Shown here piece by piece: positions 26,156 to 40,418 of a DNA stretch of 64,000 nt. Both the position numbers and the translations under genes were made by a program. Under the pieces are notes generated by a model. That model did not search any database. It was not told the DNA's origin and saw only the letters and a program-made list of their open reading frames with translations. This DNA is from Paramecium tetraurelia (lineage: Eukaryota): the NCBI GenBank assembly GCA_000165425.1, contig CT868119.1, positions 496,001 through 560,000 on the forward strand, given 5' to 3'. How positions within the stretch are numbered: position 1 is the stretch's first letter; every line of letters starts with the position of its first letter.

Positions 26156-27572
26156 ATGCAAATTCATACTTCATCTGCTCATACCTTGGGTCAGTGCGAA
26201 TCATTCAAGCATTTATCTCCACAAGCTAAAGAGGCTTTGTTGAGTTTAAAAAAAATAAAGAACTTTGGATTTGAATAGCCGGACGATCTGGCAAACGTTA
26301 AAGCAATCACCACTAACAATCATGATAATCCATCTGCTCTAACGGAATCTATTGTAGATTAGGTAGTAAGGCATCCTTCATAGAATGAATTTATGGGTTC
26401 TTAAAATTTCTCGTTTATTTATAAGTATTCGATTGATATTAAGTATAATAAGTTCCAAATCCTTATTGGCATTTAAGAATTCAGTAGTTTTAGATGATCC
26501 AACACCTGATTTTTCGGATGCACTTTCTAGTGAGAGAGAACACATAAATGAAACTCTATAAAATCAACAACTCATTTAAAAATAGTTAAAATTATTTTCA
26601 AACTTATAAGTTAAGCAACCCAAAGATCGAATCCAAGAAAACAAGGGTTTTATAAAAAAATTCACTCAAGAAAAAGAAAACATGCTTAATCAAAATACTA
26701 AAAAGAATTATTAACTAAATAGATTAAGCGATTTAATATCGAAGGAAATTAAAAAAAATATTTTAACACCAACTTCAAATAATGTTCGCAAAACATCTTA
26801 CACAAGCTTAAACACATAGCATTCATCATAGACAAAATTCAGTTTACAGACTCAATAGGATTATCTCTTTAAAAAAGCGATATGCTTACAAGAAAAACAA
26901 AAGACCTTTATTGATTAAGGCCAATTAATAAACACCACAAAAGAAATGAAAGAATGTACATTCAATCCCAAGATTAATCAGAAATCTAAGGTTGCCCATT
27001 CCAGTAGTTTTTTCGAAAGATAAAGCACGTGGATGAGAAAGAAGAATGATAAGATAACTTAATAAGTTGAAATCTAAAAGGAGAAAGCTACTAAAGAGGT
27101 AATTATTATAATTTAATTATAGTGTACATTCAGTCCTAACTTGAGGGATACCAGTAACAATAGAATTGATAGTTGTGATGTTTATTATAGAAATCTTCAA
27201 TGGGAAAAGAAATTCAACAAAAAAAAATAACATTTTAGAAATTCAATGATGGATCTTCACAAAAATGATTTATAAAATAGCACAAGTAAGTTGTAATTAT
27301 AACGATCGAATTCTACGTAGATCATTAATCAATAAACTGATATGAAACAACTGTTAGAAATTCAACTCAAAGTGGATGATGCTCCAAAATATCTTAAATG
27401 CTTGACTCCAACTTATTAAACAACAGGAACAATCACAACTCCTAATTCTTAAAGTGGTTATTTGGACCTTGGAAAAAGAAAAAATAGTATAGAATAAATT
27501 GAATAAAAATACAAACTGCTTTATGATTTAGTTAATTATGGAAACAAAAATACTTCAAAAAAGAAAAAGTGA
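26156..27572 (+). CDS. Hypothetical protein with ECTFxP repeats
   Basis: MQIHTSSAHTLG...; KECTFNPKIN and ECTFSPNL motifs; TGA at 27570-27572. Confidence 0.65.
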
Positions 27573-27625
27573 ATGTTATCAATGCAAATACTATTATATA
27601 AATTTAATTAATTAAAGTAAAGAAA

Positions 27626-28871
27626 TCAAAATTCCAATTATTCTTCTTTCTTTTGTTAGGGAGAAGCAGAATACGAAAACCCTTAAAATGGACTCTACAT
27701 TTGTTCTTCTAAGGATAATGAGTTTGTTTAAGAGTTGATAGGTTCCTTGAGGAAACACTAAACAAAATTAGAAATCAAAATTACATCATCAAAGTATTAA
27801 ACATCATCATCACTGTTTAATATAGGTATAAATACAGGAGGCATTTGCCTTTTTAAAATCATATCCCAATCGATATTCTTAAACCAAGGATGTTTTTTAA
27901 TCTATATTTTAATATCTTTAGAATCCTTACCTCATTTGCCGAACTAATTCTATTGTTTGGATCTTTTTACAATAATTTAGATAACAAATCTTTAAATTAA
28001 GACGAAGCACCAATTTTTTTGTAATTTATTTCATGATGAAGTATTTAATTGAATAATTCTTCTTTGGTTTCTCCAAAAAATGCTGGCTAACCAATAACCA
28101 TTTCATAAATCAAAGTTCCAAATGTCCACCAATCAGCTGCTTTACCGTGGTTACCTGCTAATAATTCTGGAGCCAAATATTCTGCTGTTCCGCATTTGGA
28201 ATGTGCTCCAAAGTTACCTTAAATCCCTTATTTGGAGAATCCAAAATCAGTTAGCTTAATATAACCTTCTTAATCAATCAATACGTTCTCTGGTTTTAAA
28301 CTTATTTAAATGGTTATTTATACTCTCTATAGATTATATCTTATTCATGCAGGTATTAGAAGGCTAGAATGATTTGTGATGCATAGAATTTAGCTCTTTA
28401 GATATCAAATATGATATTTACTGTTCTTCTGTCAACTTATTTTTTTAAACTAATAATTGGTATAATTCTCCTCCTGGACAATATTGTAAGCAAAAGTATA
28501 ACTTAGTTTCATTTTAGAAGGCATATTCTAATTTTATGATGAATGGATGTTGGCAATTTTACTAAAATATAAATTCTATTATATCTACAAGAATGTTTCT
28601 TTCTGCAAAAATTTGCTTCACTGAATGATTTTCGATCAACTTGGTTTTTTTGATGACTTTAAGAGCATATATCTTTTAATTGTCCTTCTTTCTTACAAGT
28701 ACAACTTTTCCTATGGATCCTTTACCAATCACACTTAAGAGATGGAATTGGTCAATAGTTACTTTCTTTCTAACTTATGCCAAACTACATATTTAAGGGA
28801 TAGCAATACTTATGTTGTTATATTAAATAAACTAAATTTAGACCAATGTCTTGATCTTGGCTATTTTTCAT
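27626..28871 (-). CDS. AGC-family Ser/Thr kinase (S6K/Akt-like)
   Basis: [40 protein letters not shown]-terminal FQGFSY hydrophobic motif. Confidence 0.9.
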
Positions 28872-29071
28872 GATTTTTTTTGTTAATTTTAATTGTTTTT
28901 TTCTAATTTAAAAACGAAATAAATAAATAAATAAAATTGAAAGAACTATTTTCTGAATAAGTTTATATATCAATTCTCATAGATAATTTTGGATTTCAAA
29001 TGCATGTATTATATATATACATTATTAATGTTCATGTTATTAATTAAATTTGATATAAATAAGGAATTATT

Positions 29072-30487
29072 TCATATAGACTTTTTCTCTTCTTTTTTAA
29101 TCTTCTATTAGGGCTGTGTTCGAATAGGTTGCTAATTAAAATGAAAGTTTTCTTACTCTCAGGATAATAAATATCAAGATCAATCCAACGCAACTTACAA
29201 AAAAGTAAATCTAAATTAATTCTTGTAGTGCATGCACCTGTTCTAAGGAGTCGCTACTTGGCAGTTTATTTAAAAATAACCCATAGAAGCACATTTCAAT
29301 CAATCCGATTATCCATTGTATGTTTATACAATAGAGGATGCCAAATTCCGGTAATTAGTATGGGATAATCGAAAAGATTTAAGTGCCAATTCCCAAACTA
29401 TACCCGAATTGCAATAGAATGAGTGCCCAAAGGGAATTTGAAAACCCTAGGAATGCCAACGCAATACAAATGATCGCTTACCCAATCAAGGTGATAATCT
29501 TTTTTCTCTTGATGAAGTTATAGAATACCATTTGAAGCACAACCAGCGATATTCCAGTGACAAAGGCGTAAATCCACACATTGTCAACATCTTGATAGGA
29601 TTTGGTAAGCGGTGAGTAGAGGAAGGAAAAGATTAAGGTTTCCCCGGTGAATTGAGTGAGCACGATTAATAAGCAGCATTTAAAATACTTCTTTAAATAG
29701 GGTTTGGAAATCAGATACTCCGAAGTATTTTGGTGGATGTTGTTTCTGAGGGTTTCTTGTTCGAATCCAAAGTAGGTTTGAATGTTATCGTTGTGAATTT
29801 CCTAATAAATCATTTTGGATCTCCTTGAATCCTTGAGAATTTATAGATAGTATTGAGGAGTTTCGATTTATAAAAACTAAAGTAGAATCATTCGAAGAAC
29901 GCTTACAGAGTTGAGTATGAGAACTACATTCAGAAATTGTTGAAATGTGGCAAATTGATTTGAATGCTCCAACCAAAAGGCTCCCAAAAACTAGCCTATT
30001 AGCAATTAAAGGGGGATTAGTTTGAAGAAAAATTAACTCTCCTTTTTCGAACTCATCTATTTGACGTAAATGATGGATTGTGCATAATTCAATCCATTGG
30101 CAATTCCTACAAATACTCTTAAAATCAGGTAAGCTTCAATTGGTTGATTATCCATAGTTGTAATAGAGAGTAATAAGACTGTGCAATTGCTTAAAAAATA
30201 AAGTACGTCTGATAAGAGAAAAATAAATTTGCTAGACTGATTTGCTAGTAATCTAGTGCTTATGGTTAATGATGATACTTGTAGGTTTCAGATCCCAAAA
30301 CACATCCAAATATATAGATTCCATTTTATAATATCAAGGTTTCATGGGCTTGTTTTGAATTAGAATGAGATTGTAAAAGTTTATTTAAAGTATGAATAGG
30401 CATTGATTATTGGAGTGATAATTGAAAGATGGTCAATGTTCCAATCAAAGGGAATATAAATTTCTTAAGTTTTGGAATATCTAACAT
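29072..30487 (-). CDS. Major facilitator superfamily (sugar-porter-like) transporter
   Basis: Multiple TM segments, LRVFVGIANG...IIYVKQMS, LTQFTG, FGIGT..FSIIP motifs; short introns. Confidence 0.72.
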
Positions 30488-30570
30488 TAAATATACAATA
30501 ATTATTATTTTAGTTAATGAAAACAATTATACTTGGATTCTATATAGTTTCTGGATGCAAATGGGAAATA

Positions 30571-32115
30571 TCAAAACTTGATCTATTTGACAATACGTGA
30601 GATTCTCTCTCTGGGGTATTTGGGTATTATTTTTGAAAATGTGCCTGGGACATACATGGTCTTGGGCAATTTAGTTACAGAATTGGCTATGGCATATGAG
30701 GTAGGTTCAGTGAGCATGTGTTATGGAATTTGTGGTTAGGAGACTTGATGTTGAATTTGCGGCAATTTCGATGTAGTAGGTGTGATCAAGGAAGAGGGTT
30801 CTTGTACCAGCAATTCCTCATAGTGATCGGAGATGATGGAAATGGTTCCATTGAGTTTTTATAATATAGAGGAGTTAAGAGATTGGATGCTTTGATCTCC
30901 GTTAATAGATAGGGGGATGGTTTGGATATTCTGCTGCTGGAATGGTTAGGGAGTTTAGTTTTGAGTGAGACTCAAATTCTTATTAGTGGTGTAACTAGAC
31001 TACAAGGGTTGATTGGTGATGATTGAATACTCCTCCTTGCTCATTTTCAGATGGATTTAGGATAAAGTCTTCTGCAATTCTTTGGGGTCTTTGATTTCAA
31101 CCAAAGAGTGTTGACGATCATTTCTCTTCTCGTTTTTGCCTTCTATGAAAGTTACTCCCTTTTGCAATTAGATAATGTCAATTTAGGATTAGCTAATACG
31201 ATTAGATAAAGTTGAAGGGTTACATTGTTCAGTCGTCTTCTTTTTGTAATTGCAAATAGATTCTAATTTCTTTTTATGAAAAGGGAAGAGATCCTTGACT
31301 TCTAAGAGCACTCTTTTTTCTTGGATTTCCTGATTAGTCTTAGGATAGCGTTCTACATCTGGTGGCTTCTGAACTATCACTCTACCCTCAAAATCGTAAG
31401 TGTATTTGGCTACGTAAGTTGATTAATACATTTAGAATCAACATTCAATCTCTTCAGTTGTCTATTCATCTCTTGGTACTCTTGCCTTTTTATTAGATCT
31501 TGCATCTGCATTTATTGCAAATTAAATATTTATCTTGCCTTAGCTTAACGCATAGATTCAATCTCCGTATCAAAATCAACGTCGTCATCCAGATCTCCCA
31601 TCTTGACTGGTTGAGTGTCGAATCTCTCGATATCCCCTTTACTGAACTGAGTGCTCTAAATTTTAGACTCTCTTCTAAAAGATCGATTCTAAATCAAGGT
31701 CCTCTTGGGACTCTAGACCTACCCAATCATTCTTCTCCAATGTTCTATTGGACATGGCTTTGGTTCGATCTCATCCTAATTGGAATCTATGCAATTGATA
31801 TCCTCTGTAATATCTGTTATGATCATATTCATGAATTGTTCTGTCCATTTGCAACCGAAGGGTACGAGTTAATTCATTATGTAGTTCTCCTAAATGATAT
31901 TACTTGCCTTCTGAATAATCTATCGACAGATGAATCTACACACGATGACACTTTCAGTTAACATGTAACCCAGTTGCTCATCTTCGTAATTCTATGATAA
32001 CAGTTCCAAATTCGGAAAATCTCAAATATATCCAAGTGATACCATATATACTCATTTACGAAAGCATTCGTTTTGGAGATCCGGATAAACTGGAAATTGC
32101 AACACTTCTTTTCAT
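30571..32115 (-). CDS. Hypothetical ciliate-family protein (EPKPCPIEHWRR and YTYDFEG motifs)
   Basis: Ciliate-code frame with a 20-nt intron near 31410-31429 and a first intron with GAG acceptor at 32021. Confidence 0.65.
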
Positions 32116-32139
32116 TTAGATTAAATAAATCAATTAAAA

Positions 32140-35100
32140 TCAAAAAATAATCTCACTATCATCATGAATTTTAGCACTCTATCCCTCAAAATATGCATAC
32201 TTTCTCAACTCCTTTGAAACCCAATATGGACAATCCGGAATCATTATCCCTAATAAGTATTTTACTAATAATAGCATGTGTTCAATAGCTGCCAACACCA
32301 ACACTTATATCAGTGGATTGCTGTCTCCTATCAATCCTTCAAACTCAGCCTTATTCACTATCCCTATGACCAGACAATTCATGAAGGTGGAACAGTAATT
32401 CATTAATTCAAAAATGGACAACCAAATGCCAATCGAGTCAGCAGCTTATGCTCTCTTTAGTATTTAAAAATCTTACTTCTCGCCTTAGAACTCTCTGATA
32501 ATTTGATATTGAAAATTGCAAATTAATAAATTGATTCAACAGGAAAAATAAAGGGGCTGCAGCAAAAGCAGGCGAAAACATAGTCGTGTATCCAAATTGT
32601 ATCGCAATGTTCGTATACTCCTCATACAAGTCCTTCTATGGCTATTTGTTATTGCTGTCTTCCATCAACTTCATGAACTCGATCTACTGAGCCTATTTCA
32701 ATTTCTCCTTCACATACTACATATCACAAATCTTGAATTATTCCTTGAAAACCTAAAACGTTTCAAATTGATCCCTCAGACCCCACTTCAAATATTTATA
32801 TAATAGATAGGGTAGACAATTACTTTATAAATTAGAAATCAAACCTCTTGTAATAATTATACTAGCCACTGATAATGCTAATTATGTCTAATCAGTTTTA
32901 AATAACACAGCATAAACTACTGAAATGTAAGATATCAAAAATTCAAACAAAAATACTTTTAAAACATAAGAATGCTGCATCTCAGAATTAAATCTATGAT
33001 TCTCCCAATTCACCACATATTTGCATAGACGCTTATATAGATCACATAAAACAGTCATACTAACCCCATTCAATGAATTAATAATTATGGGCATATACAC
33101 ACTTTAAGGATCCTGTTACCCCTGCCATTGATTGAATGCCAAAAAACTCACCAAAATTATTGAAAACCCCAACAAAATCACAGGAAACTCAGCTATCATT
33201 CTCCTCTTGAATGTTGTAAAAGAGTCATACACTTCAATTTTGCTTGTGCATGGCTCAACTGTATAAAGTCCTGTGTACATGACTCTCTGAGGCTCCTGCT
33301 ACTTAAACTTATGCATATCCCAAATGTATTTGAGTTCTGATTCTCTGTTCTTCCACTTCTCCATAAATAGAGTAGCCCATAAAGACATAAATAAAGCATA
33401 AGATGGCAGAATCGCAGCGCTTTTGATATTTTGATATCTTACTGAATTTTATCAGCAATCAATTGATATAATTGGATTGCTGATCCAACCAAAGCCGGTA
33501 TAATCAACCATCCCACTATTTACACATTAAAGGCTATGTACCAAGCAATAACAGGTCCGTAGTATGATGCTATTGAATTCAAAGGTCTCAAGGCGATCTA
33601 ATGAGTCTTTATTCTGATAGTATCTCTAATGCAATTGTATTGAAGATCCTTCCACATTTCATTAACTTTTAATGACTTAGAACTGTCCTCCAAAGGAAAA
33701 TGGGAAGTCACCAAACCTTCCAAAACAAACTTTTCCAAATCAAATTCCTCATTTAACACATTAATGATGAGTTATTGAATTTACAATGGTTTTGGGAATT
33801 CAAAATGACCATAATCTCCATACTTAAATTTCGTTAAATGCTAGAATAGGAATTGAATTAAATTATACCTTCTTTGTAAAGTGATAGCATTCAATCTAAT
33901 AGATATCTGCCAACTTGTAGATTGTGTCTGCTGACAACTTGACCACATAATAGTGATGCTTCACACAATGCTCTTTTCCATTTTACATATACTTATAATT
34001 TGGAGTATTTATTATGAGGAATTCAAATTCCATATTTCTTTGCTAGAATGACTGCCTGATATTCTATAATTACAACAATACAATGTCCTAACATATGTCC
34101 TAATTCCCAGAAGTCTAAATGACATACATGTATCCCATCAGATTGAAACTCTGCTCCTTCCCCTTGAGATAGTGATTCTCGTAGTACTTCACCATTTTTT
34201 CATCGAATGTCAGTTCTATTGGCATCAAGCAACGATGATTCAAAACATCCATTGAAACGCCGTGTTCTACTAAGATTTTCATGCACTTGAAATTATTAAT
34301 CTCAATAGCTAAATGCAATGCATTAGAAGGATTCTATTCAGTCATCATATTAAATGCTTCGACCTATAAGAGTAAGAAGTGACATTTACCTTGTTAAATA
34401 TGTCCTTTTTAATGTATGTCTTTGAGAATTGTCCTACAGTGATTGATCTATGCAATGTTAAAAGGTCTTTTAATTCCTGATACTCGTATTCACTTTCCAA
34501 GATTTATTTTAGAATCTCATACTTCCCTTTGTTGGCAGCAATGTGGAGACAATTGAATCCTTGATATTAAATTAAAAATGGGTTGCATTTGTGTTTCAAA
34601 AAATAACTAAAGAATTCTGTTGATTCAATTCTGGCTGACCAAAACTGCAATCTGCATTCAAATAACTATTTCTTCGTCTGGCTCTTTGTGTAATGGTAGA
34701 TAGTGTAGGTCTCATTAAAGGTGGTGCTTTTCCTAGTTATCAACTTCTATCCAGGTCTTTTCAATGAAGGTCTCACAGATCTTACTCTTTAAATATCCTT
34801 CATCGAAGGCCTGATATCATTCATTGAAGGTCGATAGTCATCTTGTGATGCTTGCATTTCTTGGGATAATTGTCTTCCAAATTAAGAAGGAACTTATGAT
34901 TATAAATATTGTGAAACCATGCATTTAGATTATTCAGATCGAGAAGGTATATTGTTAGACTTGAATAGTCTACCAAATTCATCGTCTGATTATAACAAGA
35001 CTCTAAATTGATTTCGCTCACTCTCTATATCATTCTTAGAAGTAATGGGATTTTCAATGTTTTCCGTAATGTTTTGATGAGGATCCGAGAAGATTGTGTT

Positions 35101-36178
35101 TGTTGGTTAGATAATTTTTACTGACGGAATCTTCTCTGCTTCAGGTTCATGAAAATCCTATTAAGAATCTTCAAAGGGGAGTTCATTCTGCACGTATTTA
35201 CTAGGTAATTTCTTCATTCTCTCCTGGATGGATTTGAATTATTAACTAATTCTGGAACTGATTGAATCCCTCTTTTGCTAGGTTGTACTAGTTTGGTGTA
35301 TTTTTGACATTAAGGTCATTGCTGTTTATCCGCATTGCAGATGTTAATTGATTTTATCTTAATCTATGCTTTCCAACTCATTTGCTGGCTCTTTCAGAAG
35401 GAGCTAATTCTAATTCTAATTCTAGTTTTAATCATTGATCATAACTGGGTTTTCCAGATTATTTGATTTGATCTACAAGGATCCCAAGGCTATAGTTCTT
35501 TGAGTGTTCAAATTCCTAATAGTCTTGAATTGATGACCGTCGTTTTTAAAGGCGTACTCTTACACAGTCTTCACAAATATCGCCTTGTATTTTTTTCTAT
35601 ATAAAATTTCCATAACTATTACTGATATTCCTCGGGTCTGTTTTCCAGAAACAAGTAATCGATTGGATACATGTCAAATTAGTCTAATTGATATTGCAGA
35701 TCCTGGTAATTGGATAAGAGAAATTCAATTAACTCCAAGTTTCCATAATAGTATGCCCAATGCAATGGATTGGCTCTTTTGTGTTTGTTCTCAGTAGGCA
35801 TTTTGGCTTTATGATCAAGAAGCAACTTGATCAACCTAAACTGAACTTAAGAATTATATTCCTTCATAAAACTTTAAATAGAAATAATATCACTTACCCT
35901 TTTATGCTAGCAAGTTCCACGGCAGTGTAGTGGTGTAGATCAACCTGGTTGAGGTCAATAATTTATGAATGCTATGACAGCCATTTCTCTAGCAATGCCG
36001 ATTGGCCCAAATAAGCAGCCCAATGCACTACATTTCGTTTCTCCTTGTCAACCATTTTGAAAAACGAGTTCAATCCATTCTGATTTTGTTGGAGACTTGA
36101 TTCAAAGAATGTGCTCAGGGTTTCAGCGTTGCCATCCTTCACCCATTCCAAAATTTGAGTCTATGTAATTTTAAACAT
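32140..36178 (-). CDS. Ankyrin-repeat anoctamin (TMEM16 family) protein
   Basis: N-terminal and internal ankyrin repeats (NVVHWAAYLG, NCLHIAANKG, NALHLAIEIN); anoctamin motifs PLNSIASYYG, WENHR, KVFLFEF, IQFGY, APLFFLLN, DSIGIW, IEH, IIPDCPYWV. Confidence 0.88.
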
Positions 36179-36367
36179 AGTGTTTAAATTAAATAATTTG
36201 GGAGCAATTTTATTTTGATTTTTCTCAACCAAATCTCAAATGATTTAACAGCATATCACAGGATCGTTATAATATTAAATGGTTTTTCTATAATATAAGA
36301 ATATTCTTGGTTTAGTATAATAAATAAAATATCTTTAAATTATGTCACTAGTCGTAGTTCTAATTTT

Positions 36368-38200
36368 TCAAAATTTGATATTCGATCTTAGATCCTTGAC
36401 AAACTATTGGATTTCAGCAAAGTCCTTATTTTATTAGATGATGTCCAAATAGTACACATCTATCTGTTCAATCCTTTTCAATCTCACCTCAATCAACGAA
36501 TCATCGGTTAGTTTTAAAGTGATTGAGTAATTCTCATAGATAATTATTGGAAAGTGCAATTTCAAATAGTTGTGGATCATATCAATGAACAATTGAGGAT
36601 GCTTCTTGGTTATGAAAGATAAATGATAGGGACCAGTGTGTTATTCAATTCCTCGAATATTGATAGGTTGTCTGGGAGAGTTCCTCAAGCTATTTAAGCC
36701 AGACGTAAACCTTTAGAGGATGTTTTAAGTGGATTAAGATTCATCAATTTTTAGACTAGTTTGAAATTTGGTTTTTTCCAAATCACTGACATTCTTAGTA
36801 TGAGAATAGAAATGTTTAGTAGGAGTTTTAAAAGGTGCTGCATTTATATATGATTTTTAATTTCCGCTCTCATGCATACTCTAAACAACTTTTTAAAATT
36901 ATGTTTATTTCATCAAAGTTGAGTATTATCCTGAAGGTTATTTTTTATGCTTATTATAAAAAGCGTAATTATTTTGTTATTTAATAAAGATATTTTATTT
37001 ATTGACATTTGTATTATGATTACTTTTAGGATTACAATTATTCGAAGATTCATGCAATGATTTAGAGGGTGTCTATCGCATTTTAATTTTATCATAAACC
37101 TATTTATATGTACAACTTGATAATTTCGATGTAGTTGATTTGGTGTTTGGAGACTTTGTAGGAGGAGATTTAGCAACTGGTGATTTAGCATTCCTTGGGG
37201 AATATTTAGGTAAGTTGGGTATTTCTTGATTATAAGGACTGTTTGGCAGAAATTAACAAGGAATTGTAATGCATCTGGCCTTAAATGCTGACATTGGGGG
37301 ATTCTAATGATATCGAAATATTAGACATCTCTTTTCCATAATTGCCACCACTTATGTCTTTTAATTTGCTAAATTGAATATCTTTTTTATGGATTAACCA
37401 CTAAAATTTTCTTAATCAGATCCTTGGCATCAATTGAGATATGTTTTGGGAAAGTGAATTCGGCATTAATGATCTTCTAATACAGATTCTGAGTATTAAG
37501 ATCATCAAATGGCAAATAGCCACATATCATGGCGAATAGAATGATCCCACAACTCCAAATGTCAGTCTATTATCCATTGTAGGGTTCTCCTTGTATCATT
37601 TCTGGAGCTGCATAACAAGGACTACCACAACAAGTCTTGAGCATATCCTTTTGAAGGTTGCTCAAACCAAAATCGGCAATGAGAATGTCTCTATCGCTCG
37701 TTAGCAATAGGTTCTCAGGTTTCAGATCTCGGTGGATGACCTTTTGACCATGGATGTACTCTAGTCCTGAGATGATTTAATGAAAGAATTTGCAGGCTTC
37801 GTATTCTGTTACTCTACTCATTTAAAATGAATTGTCTTACTGTTTAACTCTGTCTATGTAATCAAAGAGTTCTCCGCCATTTGCATACTCCATGAACAAG
37901 TAGATGTGGTTTTCTGTCTCAATCACCTAGAGATTAATCGATGATAAATTTTAACCTCATAAAGTTTCACGATTTACGGATGATGGAGGATCTTCAATAT
38001 TTGAATCTCTCTTTTCACTCGCTCCACGTCTCCCTCTTAGTTGATTTGCTTCTTCTCAAGAACCTTTACTGCTGCCTCATGGCCAATCACTTGATTGATT
38101 GCTTGACAAACCTTGCTAAATGTGCCCTGTCCAATAGTCTTCCCTATTACATAATATTTATGGTTCCACTACCTATTAAATAATTCCCAATCTCAGTCAT
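36368..38200 (-). CDS. AMPK/SNF1-related (CAMKL) kinase with C-terminal KA1-like region
   Basis: GQGTFSKV, HRDLKPEN, DFGLSN, KTCCGSPCYAAPEM, DIWSCG. Confidence 0.9.
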
Positions 38201-38268
38201 ACCAAATATGATTGCTTAAAATATTTGCTATATATTTATATATTATGAATTAAATATAAACTGATGTT

Positions 38269-39720
38269 ATGCATTAAATATTCTAATAGGCAGATTTCCA
38301 ATCAGATCAACAATATACCAGACAGGACTTCCTGGAATACTTGAATTCTTTGGTACAAAAAACATCCTAACCAATAGATAAATGATTAATTCCCCTTCGA
38401 ATTAATAGAATCCGTCGAACAAGATTATTCAACCCAAATCAATCTACTCACTGTCGATGAGTTTGTGAACCTCATTCTCTAAGAATTTAATACCTAACTC
38501 CAAATCAAGCAAGATGCCATTAATCAGATCGAAACATACAAAAATGAATATAAACAACTCCTGGAGGAATTGAAAATAGCCAAAAAGGAAGAAAATCTAA
38601 ATGAATAAATCGACATTGACAGCACTCTATTCATCACCGTTTGTTCTGCAGAATGCTTGAAACAATCTCAATATTATGTCACTATTACGCTCTTCAATGA
38701 AGAAAAGAATACTCAGCTATCTTAGATAACTAACCATCCCATGTGGCAAGAGGAATTCAAAATGTAAAACATTCCAAAACTATTTAGAATAGTCATGTAT
38801 CCTCACCTTACGGCTAAATTATCCTTGAATTATTCAATTCATCTTCAATCTTAATTGGCTAATTGAAATTGCCACTCTATCAATTCAAAGATCAGTAGAG
38901 TTCTAATCAGGATTATATGTTGGAGGATGAGCATGGAGTATTAATAAACACTAAATTAAAACTGAATTTAACTATTTGGTGGATTCATAGCAGAGTTGCT
39001 TTGTTGGAAGATCAAATTAGCTTTATTGATGAGTATAAAAAAGAAATTAAACAACAACAAGACATAATTAAAAAAAGCAATCATTTTATTGATAGTTGTC
39101 TTTCAGCATTTGATAAATCAAGGATTGCCAAATTACATCAACATCCTTATGAAGTTAATTAAGAACCTGACTTCTACGATGAATCAGAATGGACAATCAA
39201 ATTTCAGAATAAAATGTATTAGATTGCAAAACAATTTAAAAGTATACAACTCCATAATAACATGTAGATGAACACCAAGACAGTCTAGAAGAGTGGTAAT
39301 AGATTGTGTTATTACTCAATGGATTTGTTATTATTTTTACTCTTGTCCTAATTTCCATGTCTAGACCATGCTTTTAACAAATGACAACATCCTTGTTAAT
39401 TGGAATGTTAATCATTACTTATGATTCTGATCATATTAAAACATCGAAGATATTGCCACAAGTCTCCTTGATTTTATTAATCTAATGCATTTTTGATGTT
39501 TTTTGGTTGATTGTTAATTATGTATAATTTATATAATAGATACTAGAAAGTTTGGTGGAGTAGTACATTGATTTTTGAATAGCAATTGTTTGGTAGTAAT
39601 ATTATGAATTACATCTCATTTTATTGTACCATGCTTATTTTACCCATCAATTTAGTTTTGTCAGCATGTTCATTCAACCTATCATTAAAGTATTTAGGAT
39701 TAAATAATGTTGAATTATGA
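38269..39720 (+). CDS. C2-domain membrane protein (coiled coil, C2, C-terminal TM segments)
   Basis: STLFITVCSAE...HPMWQEEF C2-like strand pattern; hydrophobic C-terminal region; short introns. Confidence 0.6.
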
Positions 39721-39800
39721 TTAAAAATATATTATAATAGAATTTATACAGTATATAAAAATACAGTTTGAATATTCAAATATATCTATTTTAATTTTAC

Positions 39801-40418
39801 ATGATATTTTTGGTAAGACATGGGGAAAGGGCTGACAATTGCGAGGTCGAAAAGTAGAACATTGTTAATCCATCAGATCCACATCTTACTCCAACTGGAT
39901 GCACCTAAGCTTTGTAGGCTGGAAAATCAATTCAATAGGAAATTCAAGCCTACTCTTGTGTTGATATTCAATCCTCTCCTTTCTTAAGGTGCATAATGAC
40001 TGCTAAAATCATCGCTAGTCACATCAATAAGGAGGAGGTATCTTTGAAAACTGAAATCTGTGAAACTTTATATCCTCATTTCTTCTCCAAGAACCCTTTG
40101 CCTGAGTTAGTTATTAATACCGATCCCACGCTCACTTACTTCACTGGGATTACCTTAATCGATTAATAATCGAATCAGAATGAAATATATCCTGAAACCT
40201 TAGAAAACGTGACCAATAGAATTATGAGTTATGTCTAGCAGCTTCTAAAAACAATTGAACCTGAACAATGTGTCATCTTAATAACCCACCAACGCCCTCT
40301 AAAGACCATTTTAGAACTGTTCAATCAGAACACCGACAATGTTGGATACTGTAAAGTGATCTCTTTACGCAAAGGAGAATCAACGCAGATAGAAGAATGC
40401 GAACTTAAAATTTATTGA
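39801..40418 (+). CDS. Histidine phosphatase superfamily (phosphoglycerate mutase-like) protein
   Basis: MIFLVRHGER, DPHLTPTG, SSPFLRCIMTA, LITHQ. Confidence 0.88.

Noticed and set aside
31500..31961. 153-aa plus-strand ORF (longest in the track)
   Set aside because: Antisense to the minus-strand gene 30571-32115; no motif
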